Below are positions 13,030-25,200 of a stretch of 64,000 nt of DNA, one piece after another. The notes under the pieces were generated by a model. It searched no databases. It saw only the letters and a program-made list of their open reading frames with translations, and had not been told where the DNA came from. Position 1 is the stretch's first letter; every line of letters begins with the position of its first letter. The stretch spans positions 2,418,001 through 2,482,000 of the forward strand of contig MU053881.1 in NCBI GenBank assembly GCA_013239625.1. The letters run 5' to 3'. The stretch comes from Lama guanicoe. Its lineage: Eukaryota. The translations under genes were made by a program, and so were the position numbers.

Positions 13030-13820
13030 ATAAGCATGAGGATATGGAAAAACTGGAACCCTCATGCATTGCTGGCGGGAACATAAAATGGTGCAGTTGC
13101 TGAGGGAAACATTTTGGTGGTTCCTCAAGACATTAAACCGAGAATTACCGTATGACCCAGCAACTCCACTCTTAGGTATGTACCCAAGAGAACCAAAAAC
13201 AGATCTTTAAACCAATCCTTGCACACAATTCTTCAGACCAGCATCATTCACAATATCTCCAAGGTGGAAACAGCCCAAATGTCCATCAAATGATGATAAT
13301 GGATAAACCAAATGTGGGCCATCTGTACAACGGAATATTACTTGGTCATAAAAAGGGATGAAGCACTGTTACATGCTACAACATGGATGGAACTCGGAAA
13401 CATGCTATGTCAGAGAAGCCAGACACTAAAGGCCACACACTGTATGATTTCATTTACGTGAAATACCCAGAATGGACAAGTCTACAGCGACAGAAGGCAG
13501 GTTGGTGTTTGCCAGGGACTGGGGAGAGTGGGGAATGGGGAGTGACAGCTAATGGAGTCTCCTTGGGGGCTGGTGAAAAGTATTTTGGAGCTAGATACAG
13601 TTGATGGTTGCATAACATTGTGAATGTACTAAATGCCACTAAACTGTGTACTTTAAAATGGTTAAATTTGGGGGTTTGGGGGAATAGCTCAGTGGTAGAG
13701 CATGTGCTTAGCATGCATGGGTTCAATCCCCAGTATCTCCATTCAAAAAAAAAAGGGCAAATGATTGTGTTCTAAAATGGTTAAATTTTATGTTGTATGG
13801 AGTTCACCTCAATTATATAT
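13030..13820 (+). mobile_element. L1M (L1MB-like) ORF2 end and 3' UTR
   Basis: GGAACCCTCATGCATTGCTGG, TTACCGTATGACCCAGCAACTCCACTC, GGAAACAGCCCAAATGTCCATCAA. Confidence 0.88.
13670..13772 (+). mobile_element. tRNA-derived SINE (vic-1-like) inserted in L1
   Basis: TAGCTCAGTGGTAGAGC A-box and GGTTCAATCC B-box, A tail, 16-bp TSD TAAAATGGTTAAATTT (13654-69 / 13773-88), short internal deletion relative to the other copies. Confidence 0.9.
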
Positions 13821-14464
13821 TCAATAATCCATATACTTGTAAATATATATGTGGATCAAAGTGGTCTAGGAGGGGTGGATCTCAACTTCACCGGACTTCC
13901 CGCCTTAGCTCATTTTACGGGGTAGGATCTGGAACTGGAAGGCAGTGGGGGCGGCAGGATGGTGCTGAAGGGGCCTGTCGTGCCTTCTCCCCACGCCCTC
14001 CCTTCTCCCCGCCCTCTCCACTGCCCCTGCTCCCCATCCTAAGGCCTCAGGACCAGAGCCAGGACAGCCCAGGCCCGGTCATCCTCTCCATTTCCCAAAT
14101 GAGGCAGAGGACTGCGTCTGGCCCCAGGGCCACCCTCTGAACGCAGGTCTCCTGACCCCGGGCCCAGGGCGCTGTGCAGCCACTCCAGGCCTGGGCTCTC
14201 TGGTGCAGCACCCACACCTCCAAGTCACCGTCCTCAGCCACGCTGGCCCTATCAGATCTGCCTTCTGAGGGCCTTTTATCACTCAGTTCCTCGACTATGC
14301 CTTTCAGGAAGCTGAGGGGGCACACAGCATAAATGAACAGAGACAAGCCGCCCTCTCCCTCCACCCGAGTCCACGCTTCCCTGGCCGCAGACCACACTGG
14401 ACCTCCACTCCCAGTGCTCATGCCCGCCTCTGGGCCGCTGCTCCCGCGGCTGACTCCTTCCTGT

Positions 14465-14750
14465 CATTTGGGTCTCAGCTTACATGTCACCTCCTCAGAG
14501 AGGCCTGACTGACACTGAGCTGGCCCGTGGTCCCGTGGTCCCGTGGCCCTCCCTGCTTCCCTTCCAAGTCCTGACAAGCATTCCTCATTACCTGAGTCTA
14601 TCTGCTTGTTGACAGTGATCTCCCCCCACCAGAAATGTGGGTTCCTTGAGGGTGGGGACGGCGTCCGCCTTGCTCACTGCGTCTCCGTAGTGTCTAACTT
14701 GGGGCCCGGCACACAGTAGGTCCTCATCAACACGTACTGAACGACTGACG
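14465..14750 (+). mobile_element. L2 3' fragment
   Basis: ATGTCACCTCCTCAGAGAGGCCT ... GGCACACAGTAGGT. Confidence 0.75.
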
Positions 14751-17700
14751 TGTCCCCATCCTCACCTGGCCCTGCCCCTCAGCCCATCCTCTTGGCTTCC
14801 CTCAAAAGCTCACTGGGGTCCTGGGCCTTCTGCCCCACTCCTCCCGCAGACAGGCTGAGGCTGGGACCTGGCTGGCAGGGCCACCATGTGACTTGGGCAG
14901 TGACTTCACCTCTGAGGCTGCCTGCAGCCTGTGTGCAAGGGCTTTGCCAGCGCTGAGCAATCACACTCATCGTGCACCTGCTCCCTTCCCTCGGGTTCCT
15001 GCTCTGACGTCCCAAGGACCCTGAGCCTTTCTGGCTCTAATGTCCCTCCCTCGCAGCTCTTCACATCCTGAGTGGCCACCGCGTGCCGCCCACCCACCCC
15101 GTCCCTGGTCTCGCAGGCTGGTTCCATGCTCCCGAGCACAGGCTCTCAGGAGGCAGTTCCTGGCCTCATCCCGGCGCGTGTCCTCCAGGCCTCGTCTGCG
15201 TGCAGCCTTCCTCGCAGCTGCCTCCATGTCCCTCTCAAAACTTTAAACTCCTCCCCGGGCTCCTATGCTCTCTCTCTAGCCTCCTTCTGGCTTCCTCGGA
15301 ATCACTCCCCAAATCCTCCTTTTCCATCTCAGCCGCAGCCACTCCCCAGTCACCCCTCAGAATGGGACTGGAGCCCGTGGCCAGCTCCCTCTGAACGGGC
15401 CTCTCGTGTCCACTTCCCGCCCTCACTGCCTCTCAAAGTGCCAGCCCCGGGTTCCCAATAATCTTTCAGCCGTTTCCACCCGACTAGCCGCTGCCACCTC
15501 AACTGGATGGGTGAAATCTGAGGCCGCAAATGCAGGCTCGCAGAGCTGGAAGGGAGGAGAGGAGAGGAAAGCATACAGCCTGGGCACCGTGCTGGGGGTG
15601 GGGCATGGGGTGGGGAGAACGCAGCCTCAGCGGGGGTGCCCAGGGTGGTGGGGTGCACACCTGCCAAGGTGGCAGTCAAGTCTCAGCCCCTGCCTGGCCA
15701 GGAAAATGGGCTCTCAGTGCCCAGATCTAATTTTTCTAGAGAAACCTGAAATCTGGACTTTCATGTGAACTCTCTATTTTCTAGAATGTTCTATCTGCCT
15801 CTTGGGGATTGCATGCCCTGCACACTGCCACCTCTGGGTAGGTGCTTTGCCCACATGGTCATATCTTCCTCCTGAGATTCTGTGCCAGGCCCCCTTCAGG
15901 TGTAGGGCACCAAAAGCCAATGAAACTGGAATAAACCTAAAGAGGGAAGTTCTTGGCTCAACAGTGGGGAAGGCTGGGGGGCAGCTCACAGGATTGAGAG
16001 AAAAGCTGCAGGAACCTTTGTCTCCGGGGCCTCGGGGCCACCAACTGTCTCTCTCTTCTGCTTGTCTCTGCACGTTGGCCTCATTAGCCAGGCTCTATCT
16101 ATAGAAGGGGAAATGGCTGCCACTGGCCCAACATCTCTGACTGCATCTTCATAGCCGCCAACCTCAGAGGCAGATCCCCCTCCTCCAGGTGAGAAAAGCC
16201 ATGAGAAGGATCCTGATTGGCTCATCCCAGGTCACATGGCCACCCTGGACCAATCACTGTGCCTAGGATCTCTGCCAGCTTGGTCAGGAGCTTTCTGTGG
16301 GGAAGATGGGGCCCCATGATTGACAGTCCCATCAGGACCACATTGTACTGGGAGAAGGTCATCTCAGGAAGAGTGCTGTGCCATTGAGAACGTGTGTTGA
16401 GTAGTCAAAACAACGAGCACAAATTCCCATGAGACGGGCTCATCCCTCCTGAAAGGCCAGTTCCTAACAGGTAAGAAACTTCTCAAGGCCAAGGCCAAGG
16501 CCAACCAGCACGGGTGGGGCTGGGAGTGGAGCCCAAGTCAGGGCTAAAGCCCCACCCGTTCCCCGTTACCATGGAGCGTCACCAAGGCCACCTGCCACCT
16601 GTCCATGGTCTCCCTGACAGGTCCGGACAGGGTCTGGTTCAACAGCCCTGCCGACAGGGAGCTCCCCGCCTGCCAGGGCCACTGGTGTCACTACTTGTCA
16701 GGAAGATCTTTCTCAGCCTCCGAGTCTCTTGCCTGCTGGTCCTGACCCTGCCCTCTAAGGCTACATGGAACAAAGCAACTCCACTTTTCCCACCTGCATT
16801 CAGGGCCTTGAATTATGTAGGACAGCCCCATTGTCACTGTGACATTTTGAGGACTTCTCTCCTAGGACATGATTTTAAGTCTCTCCCTTGGTTACATTGC
16901 ATCTGCCAGTCCTGAGCACCCTGTTAACCCTCCCTTTGCTCCTCTGGGCCAGAGCCAGTTTCTGTTGCTTGTGGTCAAAGTGCCTGACTGACGTCCACGC
17001 CCGCGGTAGGGCCTGATGGGGCAGAGCTCCCTGGGTGGAGTGCATGGCATCACAGAACCCTCTTGCTTTCTCAGCTTCTCTCTCATCGAGGCTCCCTGTC
17101 CATTTTCTGTTTCTGACATCACTTCCCCAGGCTTGAAAGCTCTGAATCATGTTTGCCTCTTTCCCATCCCGCGCCCCCCACGTGCAACATCCAGAGGCTC
17201 CTCCCTCCAAATGTCTCTCACATCCATCTCTCTTACTTCACCCCCGCTGCCTGCTCCCTGGGAGGGCAGGCCTCGTCATTTCTTGCCTGGATGACCGCTG
17301 CAGCCTCCTGGCTGGTCTCCTTGCCTCCAGCCTCTCCCTGCTCTCATCCATCCTCCATGCGCTGCCAGATTAATCTTCCTTAAACACCGCTCACTGCCTG
17401 TCACTCTCCAGCACAACGATGTAGCCAACCCTGTCGCTCACTGGTCCCCCACAGGCACTGTCTGCTTCAGCCGGGCTGCGCCTCTTGGCTCCCCTGTACA
17501 CACGCTGTCACCAGGGAATGCCTGTTCTCTATTCTCCCTCTGTTCACTGTCTGGCCCAATGCCACCCCATGCCAAGGTCCCAGCTGAGTACCTCTCCTCC
17601 TCTGGCCTTGGGACACCCACAGGTTGGGAGCAGAGGAAAGTGGGGGTGGCCAGGGACCAACCCTGAAGCCATAGCCCAGTTTGCAGATCAGCAGAGGGGT

Positions 17701-18069
17701 TGTCCTTGCCTGGCCTGTCTGGGATTTTGAATGTTGCTGTGGCCCCTGCCACCTCTCTGTCCATGGGAACCTACCCCAGCTTCCAGGCTGTCAGGAGTCA
17801 CCCCTGGTCAAGTCTTTTGGGTGGGTCATCCCTCACTACGTCAGCCTTCCTTCTCAAGCCCTCTTATGAATGCTCGTCACCCCAGAATGAGCACCTTCCC
17901 AAGTTTCTAGACCCTCAGGGTTCTGCCCTGTTGCTCTCTGCCAATGCTGTCAACCAAGGACCCGCCTCCCCCTGCCCCTTCAGGAGGTGTCACGGAGGGA
18001 GGCCAAGAGTGAGCATCCCCACTGCTGTCCACAGAGTGTCCCCAAATAGCTCAAACTGATGAAGTGTTT

Positions 18070-18280
18070 GCCCTGGGCCTGGCACAGGGCAAGTGTTCTG
18101 CACAGAATAACTCATTTAATCCTCATAACCCTACAAGATAGGAGCCTTTCATTATTCAGATTTTCTGGATGAGGAAACTGAGGCACAGAGAGCTGAAATC
18201 ACCTGTCTAAGGACATCCAGTTTAGGATTCCAACCCACACTATCAGCTCCAGAGCCCGACTCTTAGCCACAACCCTCTAG
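18070..18280 (-). mobile_element. MIR SINE
   Basis: CTCATTTAATCCTCATAACCCT...GATGAGGAAACTGAGGCACAGAGAG. Confidence 0.85.
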
Positions 18281-18413
18281 TGCCTGACTCCCCACCCCTT
18301 GGCCCACCAAAGAGCTGGGGAGGTCACTGAGTCCGAAAGGGCGAGGTCTAAGGAGCCCCTGTCACTCCCTTCCTGTGACCACTTCTTCAGAGGGCTGGGG
18401 TGGGACCAGGGAA

Positions 18414-18611
18414 CAGTGATGTGCTCAAGTTAGCTCATCCTGTCTTAGGACAGCCTGTTGTTAAAATTTCTGGAATTTTGCAAGCTGGTCAACATCACAT
18501 TGGTAGCTTGAAATAGGCCACCGTGGGAGTATTTACACCATGGAAATTGGCAAATCTATCCCCCAGCTCTCCCAGAGAGCCAACTGTTAAACATTTACCA
18601 GCACATCACTG
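18414..18611 (+). mobile_element. MER63-like hAT MITE
   Basis: Perfect 12-bp TIRs CAGTGATGTGCT / AGCACATCACTG, 8-bp TSD CCAGGGAA / CTGGGGAA (6/8), internal GGGAGTATTTACACCA. Confidence 0.88.
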
Positions 18612-21579
18612 CTGGGGAAGGAATGCTGACCACCCTCAGAAGGGCGTCCTGGCCTATGTGGGGCCAGGCTTCAGGCATCTCACACCAAAGACAAGTTTCC
18701 CCCACAGTGGACCCCATTCTTAAAAGAATAGGATCTTGAGAGGATCAGGTGGGTCTCAAAGATGGACCTCTGGCTGTGTGATCCCAAAAGATCTGGAAGA
18801 AGACGGACTCTCAAAAAGTGTCAGGGCAGCCGCAAGACATCTAGGTAGGCTCAGATTCTGACCAGACATGCCCAATATGGAAAGATGGCCCCAAACCAAG
18901 GACAAAGCCACCAATGAGAGGCGTGGACTGGAGAAACAAGCAGGGAAGGTGAAGCTCAGGTCCAGCTGAGGCTTGTGGGAAATGCCAAAGTAAGACAGGG
19001 CAGAAGGGGCTTGGAGGAAGAGGACCAAGAAAGGGTGGGCCTTCTGACCGGTTGAGGGGGATGCTGCAGAGCAGGCCTCCACCTCCTACCATTCTGCACA
19101 TGACACCAAAGTAAAGAGACAGGACCGATGCTAGTAAGAAAGCACTGAAGGCCAAAAGGTGATATGAAGGCAGGCTGAGTGGTTGTCGGGAATCAATTCA
19201 GGTCTTTTGGTCCTGATAGATCACACCCCAGGCCCTGGCCTGAGAACCTGCTAAACTCCTCTGCTGACCTCTGAGAGAGTGCGAGTGGGAGAGCTCATGA
19301 GGCAGGAGATGCGTGAGCTGTGGCCTAGTTTTCAAAAAAGGAAGAAAGTTGGATTTGGTGAATGCACGGTTAGGTTATTTGAGTGCAAGCAACAGAAATC
19401 GATTCTCATAAATTTAAGCGAAAAGGGGGAAATACTGGCAAGAAACTGGGTTGTTGAGAGAAGGGAAAAGAGGCTAAAAAGCAGGCTCTGAAGCAGGAAA
19501 GAAACCAGGATGGGGAAATCACTCACCTGTCTCGTTTGGGCTCTGCTGCCAAGATGAAGGGGCCTGACAAACGCCAACTAAGGCTGTACCGGGGGGGAGG
19601 TCAGGGGGTCCTGGTGGGACTGGGAATGGAAGCTGGACAGATACAAAGCCCAACAAACGTCCACGGGAATAGCCACAGCCTGGTACCCCCCATGCAAACT
19701 CCAGGCGTGATTCTGTTAGCACCTCTTGGTCAGCTACAGGTGACCGAGGGAAGCAGGGACACTAAGAGACCCATCAGGACCCCCAAGGAGCCATCACACC
19801 AGATCAGCTTCCCTTATCATAGGGTTACCGTTCTCACAGGTCCGGGCTGGACTGGAAACTGTGTGTCTGGATTTCAGCCAGGCACCTGATAAAATATCTC
19901 AAGATCCACAAATGGAGATGTATGAACTAGGTGACAGAACATTTAAGGGCATGCAAAACCTTCTGAATGGCCAACATTGTTTTCTAACACAGCCAATTAA
20001 ATAGCTAATGTTGATCCAGACTTGGTTCTTTACCTTTGAGCCCCAGGCTGTGTCCTTGGTGCTATTCAGCATTTTGATTAAATACTTTGGTAAAACCGAC
20101 TGATGACACACTGGTTAAATCTGAGGACCATGTGCGCAACCCTTCTCGGTGGACAAGAAGCTGCGAGTGGTGGCAAACAGCCTGGATCAGGACAGTGACA
20201 CGGGTGGCTCAGGTTCAAGCTAACCTGCATAGCCATAAGCCCTGGCTCTGGGGACTGGCTCACTCCACCAGCACTTGAGTTGGGCCAATGAGGAAAGGTC
20301 AGGATGTCTGCATGTTGGCTGCAGGAAGAGATGCTCTCTCTTGCCCTGTAGCCTGGGCCTGCAAGGATATGGCCCTGGTAACTCCCGGCAGCTACCTTGG
20401 GACTGTGAAGCGAAGGGTTGTTGAAGAGTGGCACCCCACCCCTCCCCCCGACCAGGGCAGAGTTCGGGGATGAGTCCTGGTCACACTGTTATCCCTAGAT
20501 CCAACCATGTCTGAAGCCAGAGCTACCCCTGGCCTTTCAGTAATGTGCCAATACTTTTTTTTTTCCTTAACCCAGTTTGTGTTGGGTTTTCCAAAATCTG
20601 CAATAGACACAGTATCCTATGCTAGTCCATGCCAGGGCATTGTGTCACAGTGGGATGCGCTCCTAGGACTGACATCCAGGGGCAGGTAATAAAGATGCTG
20701 GGGACACAGAAGGGGGCTTGGAACCATGGGGAACAGCTGGGAGGACAGGAGGTGCCTGGCCTGGGAAAGGGCAGATGGAGCCCTGTCTTAGGGCCAGAAG
20801 GAGAAGCCAGGAACCATCCAGGGGAGCTTACCGGGAAGGATTCCACCTCACTATAAGACAGTTGCTTTAATTACAGCCCCAGCCACCTGAAAATGTGTGG
20901 CCGTGGACAAGTTGGAAAGCTAACCCCTAGGGGTTTTTTATGATCAAAGTCCTGTGGCCTGGACAATCCAATCCAGGTTTAGAAAGTGCCTGCACCCCGG
21001 TGGGGTGTGGCGTCCGGAGGCAGGATGTAGGGGGGAAACGGGCTCTGGGAGGTAAGTGGATTAGCCCAAGATCACAGTGGAGCAAGGTGGTCCCCAGTCG
21101 TCTTTCAAGTCCATGGGACACCAGAAAAGGCTCTGACAGTAAATGGACACGTGGGACAGGGTTCTGGTCCCCGCTGATGTGAGTGGAGGGCGGTGAGGCT
21201 GAGCAGTAACACTTCTCTGAGCCTCAGCGTCCTCATCTAATAAATGGGACTAACCTCACCCACCTCCTGGGCTGTCCTGAGGTTCTGATCAGTTGACACA
21301 GGTAGAGCCCAGCCCCGGCCACAGTTCCCATTATCATCAAGTTAATTAGGAATAAAAGATACGATAGTTTACAGCTACCGAAGCCTCCTCCTCTTCCCGC
21401 CCCAGGCCTCAATCCTAGCAGAAGGAGAATGAGTCTGGATGTCAAAGACTTGGGTTGGAACCCCAGGCCTGCCTAACCCATTCGGCACTCCCGAAGTGGG
21501 CCCTCCCTCATCTGTAAAATGGGACGGACCACAGCGGTGCATTTGAAGTCGCTGGCCTACAGGAGGTGCTCAGGCTATC

Positions 21580-22240
21580 TCCTTTCCGCTGCGAGGTCAG
21601 CCCGGGAGCTCTGGAAGCACGGAACGCAGCGGACCGCCAGAGGGGCCCACCGCTCCGCCTCGTCTCCGGGCCCCGAGGGAGGCGGCGCGGGTTGGGGCCG
21701 CGGTCCGGCGGGCGCGGGAAGCCAGGAGCGGCGGCCGCCGCGGAGCCGCCGTGCCCGGAGGCTGGATGCCCGCTCCCCGGGCGGCAACCGAGCGCTCAGC
21801 CAGGAACTTGTTAACAGGCCCCGGACAAAGAGCCGCTAATCCGGCGGGCGGCCGCGGGCGGGCTGGCGGGCGGAGGGATCCCGCCCCTTCCCCGCGCGGC
21901 TGCCGAGTTTACCGCTCACTCATTACCCGGCGCGGGGCGGGGGCGGGGGCGGGGGGCCACAGGGCTGGACGCTCAGCGCCTCCTCCTCCGGGACGCCCCC
22001 GGGGGCGCGCCCCTCCCCAGGGCCCCGGCGGGCGGGCGCGGAGGCTAATTGCTAATCCCCTGGGCTCGGGCTCCCATTGGCTCGGGCACCTGCCGCCCCA
22101 CAGCGGCTCACGTGCCCCGCGGCTCGCCTGGCCTGGGGCCTGCTTCCAGCCCGGGACCCCCGCCCGCCAAGCTACCTGGACAGCGGGGTGGGGGTTGTTT
22201 TGGGGAGAGGGGGAGGCTCCGGTCGCGCCGGGAAGATCAA
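21580..22240. promoter_or_regulatory. Intronic CpG island with GC-box array
   Basis: High CpG density, (GGGGC)n at 21934-21956, ATTGG (minus-strand CCAAT) at 22076-22080, CACGTG at ~22109. Confidence 0.8.
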
Positions 22241-25200
22241 GAATCACTTCTACCTGCCAGTGCCTGGTACCCCTTTTCCTTTGGGGGTGGGGTTAGGAGA
22301 AGGGCTAGGAAGATGCAGATATGGAAAAACCCAGCAGCACCTCAAGTCCACATAGTACTCTAGTCTCTCTTCCAGTAAGGAGGGAATAGGGTCTAATTTG
22401 GGGTATACCCCCGCAGGCTCTGGGCTGGACATGCTGCGGGCGAGGGCGGGGGGGGACAGGGAGCCCCAGCTGCCACCCTGGCTGGGGAGGTATAGGGCAG
22501 AGGTGGGATACAGGGCCCCTAGCTCCTTCTCCAAGGATCCATCTAGATAGACTGACTCGCCCTCCACAAACCACAGCCGCATATTTGCCTGGAACTCAAG
22601 GTGACCCTGAGCCTTCCAGAGGGACACAGCTCTGACATCCAGGCGTGGGGAGAGGCCTGAGTCTGGGGGACTCACCCATCAGGGCACTGGCCTTTGGTGC
22701 TCTCACCATGGCGCACTCATAGGCAGGAAGTTCAGGGTCCCCTCCCCCATCTAGTGGGACCTAAAACCTGCTCTTTGGGGCCTGCTCTGGGGAGTAGCTG
22801 CCACTCAGGCCTCTCCTGATGGCTATGAGCCTCCCTGTCTCCATCCCAAACAGGGCTGAGATGGCCCAGCCAACATCACACCCGAAGAGTGGGATGGGCA
22901 GGGGACATCTATATGCCTTGTCCCTGGCTGTCAAAGGGGGCAGAGGAAAGACGCCAGGCCTGTCCCCTATCCCCCAGTGGAGGCCTCCCCTCGGGCCTCT
23001 TCCCTCTTACCTGGATCCCACAAAGAGGACACCAAGGACTCCCGCACTCCCCATTGGAGAGAGTGGAACAGTGCCCTCTGCTTTATCCATCTCTATCAAT
23101 TGTTAACATTTATTAAGCGCCTATTGTGTGCGGACTGACATGCATCAGTTTGCCTAATCCACACAACAACCCTGTTAAGTCCTTTTGTGACTATTTTAGA
23201 GACAAGGAAACTACACAGAGGAGCTGGATCCACAGCCAGGACTAGGGGGAGGTATTGGGGTGCCAAGGGCACAAAATGTAAGGAGGCCTTCATTCTCAGG
23301 GGCTGACCCTGTACTTTCATGATTTAAATTTTGCACCCTAGGCACCTCCCTTGCCTCATGCTTCGTCCCAGCCCTGGTCCAAACCCAGAGCCCAGAGCCT
23401 GCCACCTCAACCATCCCACCACCTCCTCCATGTGCCTGGGGTTCTGGCTCCCACGGGGCCAAAGGCTGCCTGCGGCATCTGACATCAGTGCCTGGGGAGA
23501 GGGTGGCACTCTGACCTTCGGGGGGCCCTGAGAAGGCCTGTTTTTGCCATTGAGGGTGTTCACCAGCTAAAGCAGGGCCCTGCTTCCTTGCTTGGGTGCT
23601 AAGACTCTACAATTCCCACCTCTGCCACACAGTCACCTTTGGCTCTGCTGCAGCACCCACCTGGCTCCAAGGCAACGCAGGCAGCTGCTGCCAGGGTGGT
23701 TGGTGGCTTTGGCAGGTGCTGGGCAGGTGTGAGTGGTTCCTGGGGGAGCCTGGTGCTGAGTGCACAGTCCACCCCAGACTCACAAGGCAGCCTCCTTGGG
23801 CATCAGCCTGTGCCCCTAATAGTCATCAAGTCCAATCCTTTGGTATACAAAGAGGAAAACAGCCCAGAGAGGTTAAGTGATTTGTCCAATATCATACAGT
23901 AATCAAACGGCAGAGCCGGGACTATAATTGAGGTCCATCCAGGGCCCCTACTCCCACATTGCTGCCATGTTATGTGTGTCAGAGTGGATCATCAGCACAC
24001 AGTTCCAGGCCAGGCTGAGCCCAATCATCATCTTCCTAGAACCCCCAAACAAAGCTCTGCACATCAGAGGAGCTGGTATCTGAATCAGGCCCAAGTCCCT
24101 GCAGGGGGTGGTGTGTGTACAGATTGGGGGTTGGGTTGTGGGGGTGCTTCTTCCAACTAGAAGCAATGACTTCTCCCAGGGGCTCCTGCCTGGGGCTGGA
24201 GCAGCAAGAGGTGAAGCAGCTTATACGGAGACAATCTTCTTTCCTACGTGTGGGCTTGGGTCCCGATGCAGCTTAAGACCACCCCTCTGTCCACCCTGGG
24301 TGCTCTGTGTTGCCCATCAAGTCGTTACTGTATCCCCAGGAAGCAGACGTGACCTCATTCTACAAAGGTGGAAACAGGCTGGGAGAGTAAAAGTTATTCA
24401 CTCAAGGTCAGGTGGCTTTGACTGAAACCGTCCTGTCTGCCTCCAAAGCACACTCCTTTGTAGTCCACCTGACAGGAAGAGGGGGGCAAGGCTCCCCAGA
24501 AGGCAGGGGGACCCTTCGATGCCACTTCCATGGGGGAGACAAGAGGAAGGAAGGGGTGGGCCAGCAGAATTGACTGCAGGAAGCTGGGTGCCCAACTGGG
24601 TGGCGGGGATGGTTGGGGCACAGGGGCTGGGCTCTGCTGGGGCTCAACTTCAGGAACCAGGAGCCCTGTGGAGGTGCTGCACAGAGCACCCCATCTTGGT
24701 GTCAACTCCAGCCCTGCAGGTGCGGGTGGGGCTCGAGGAAGCTGCCACCCACACAGATTGTTGGGGTCAGGATGGACAACCTCTCGGTATCCCTCAGCCT
24801 CACCTTCCAGGGGCTTGATTCTGCAGGTCTGGGGGCCACAATGACATTATTCACACAAGAAGACACTCCTCTGGGAACATCTTTGCCTGGGAGGGGTGGG
24901 GGTGGGCAGGGAGTTTCCAACTCCACATACGTGGGCATACGTCCCCCGCCCCGGCCCTGGACAGCAGCCATCTCCAGCCTCCCTGGAGCAGGGCGGTCTG
25001 TGTTCAGGCACAAGGATGAGGAGGGCTGCCCGGGAGGACAGAGCGAACTTCTTTCCCCTTCCCCAGACACAGCAGCCCTCCCTGCCTAGCCAGAGAACCT
25101 AAACTCCAGCAGAGGAAATAAAGAAAAAAAAAATAAGCACTTGACTGTTGGGGGCTGAGAACAGGGTCACAGGGTCACAGCGCCACAGCGCCATAGACAA

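Noticed and set aside
20046..20066. Additional weak RE1-like matches (also ~4078, ~21271, ~55742)
   Set aside because: Too many mismatches in the TCAG half-site, or wrong spacing.
21519..22363. ORFs over the intronic CpG island
   Set aside because: Compositional artefact, with no recognisable protein.
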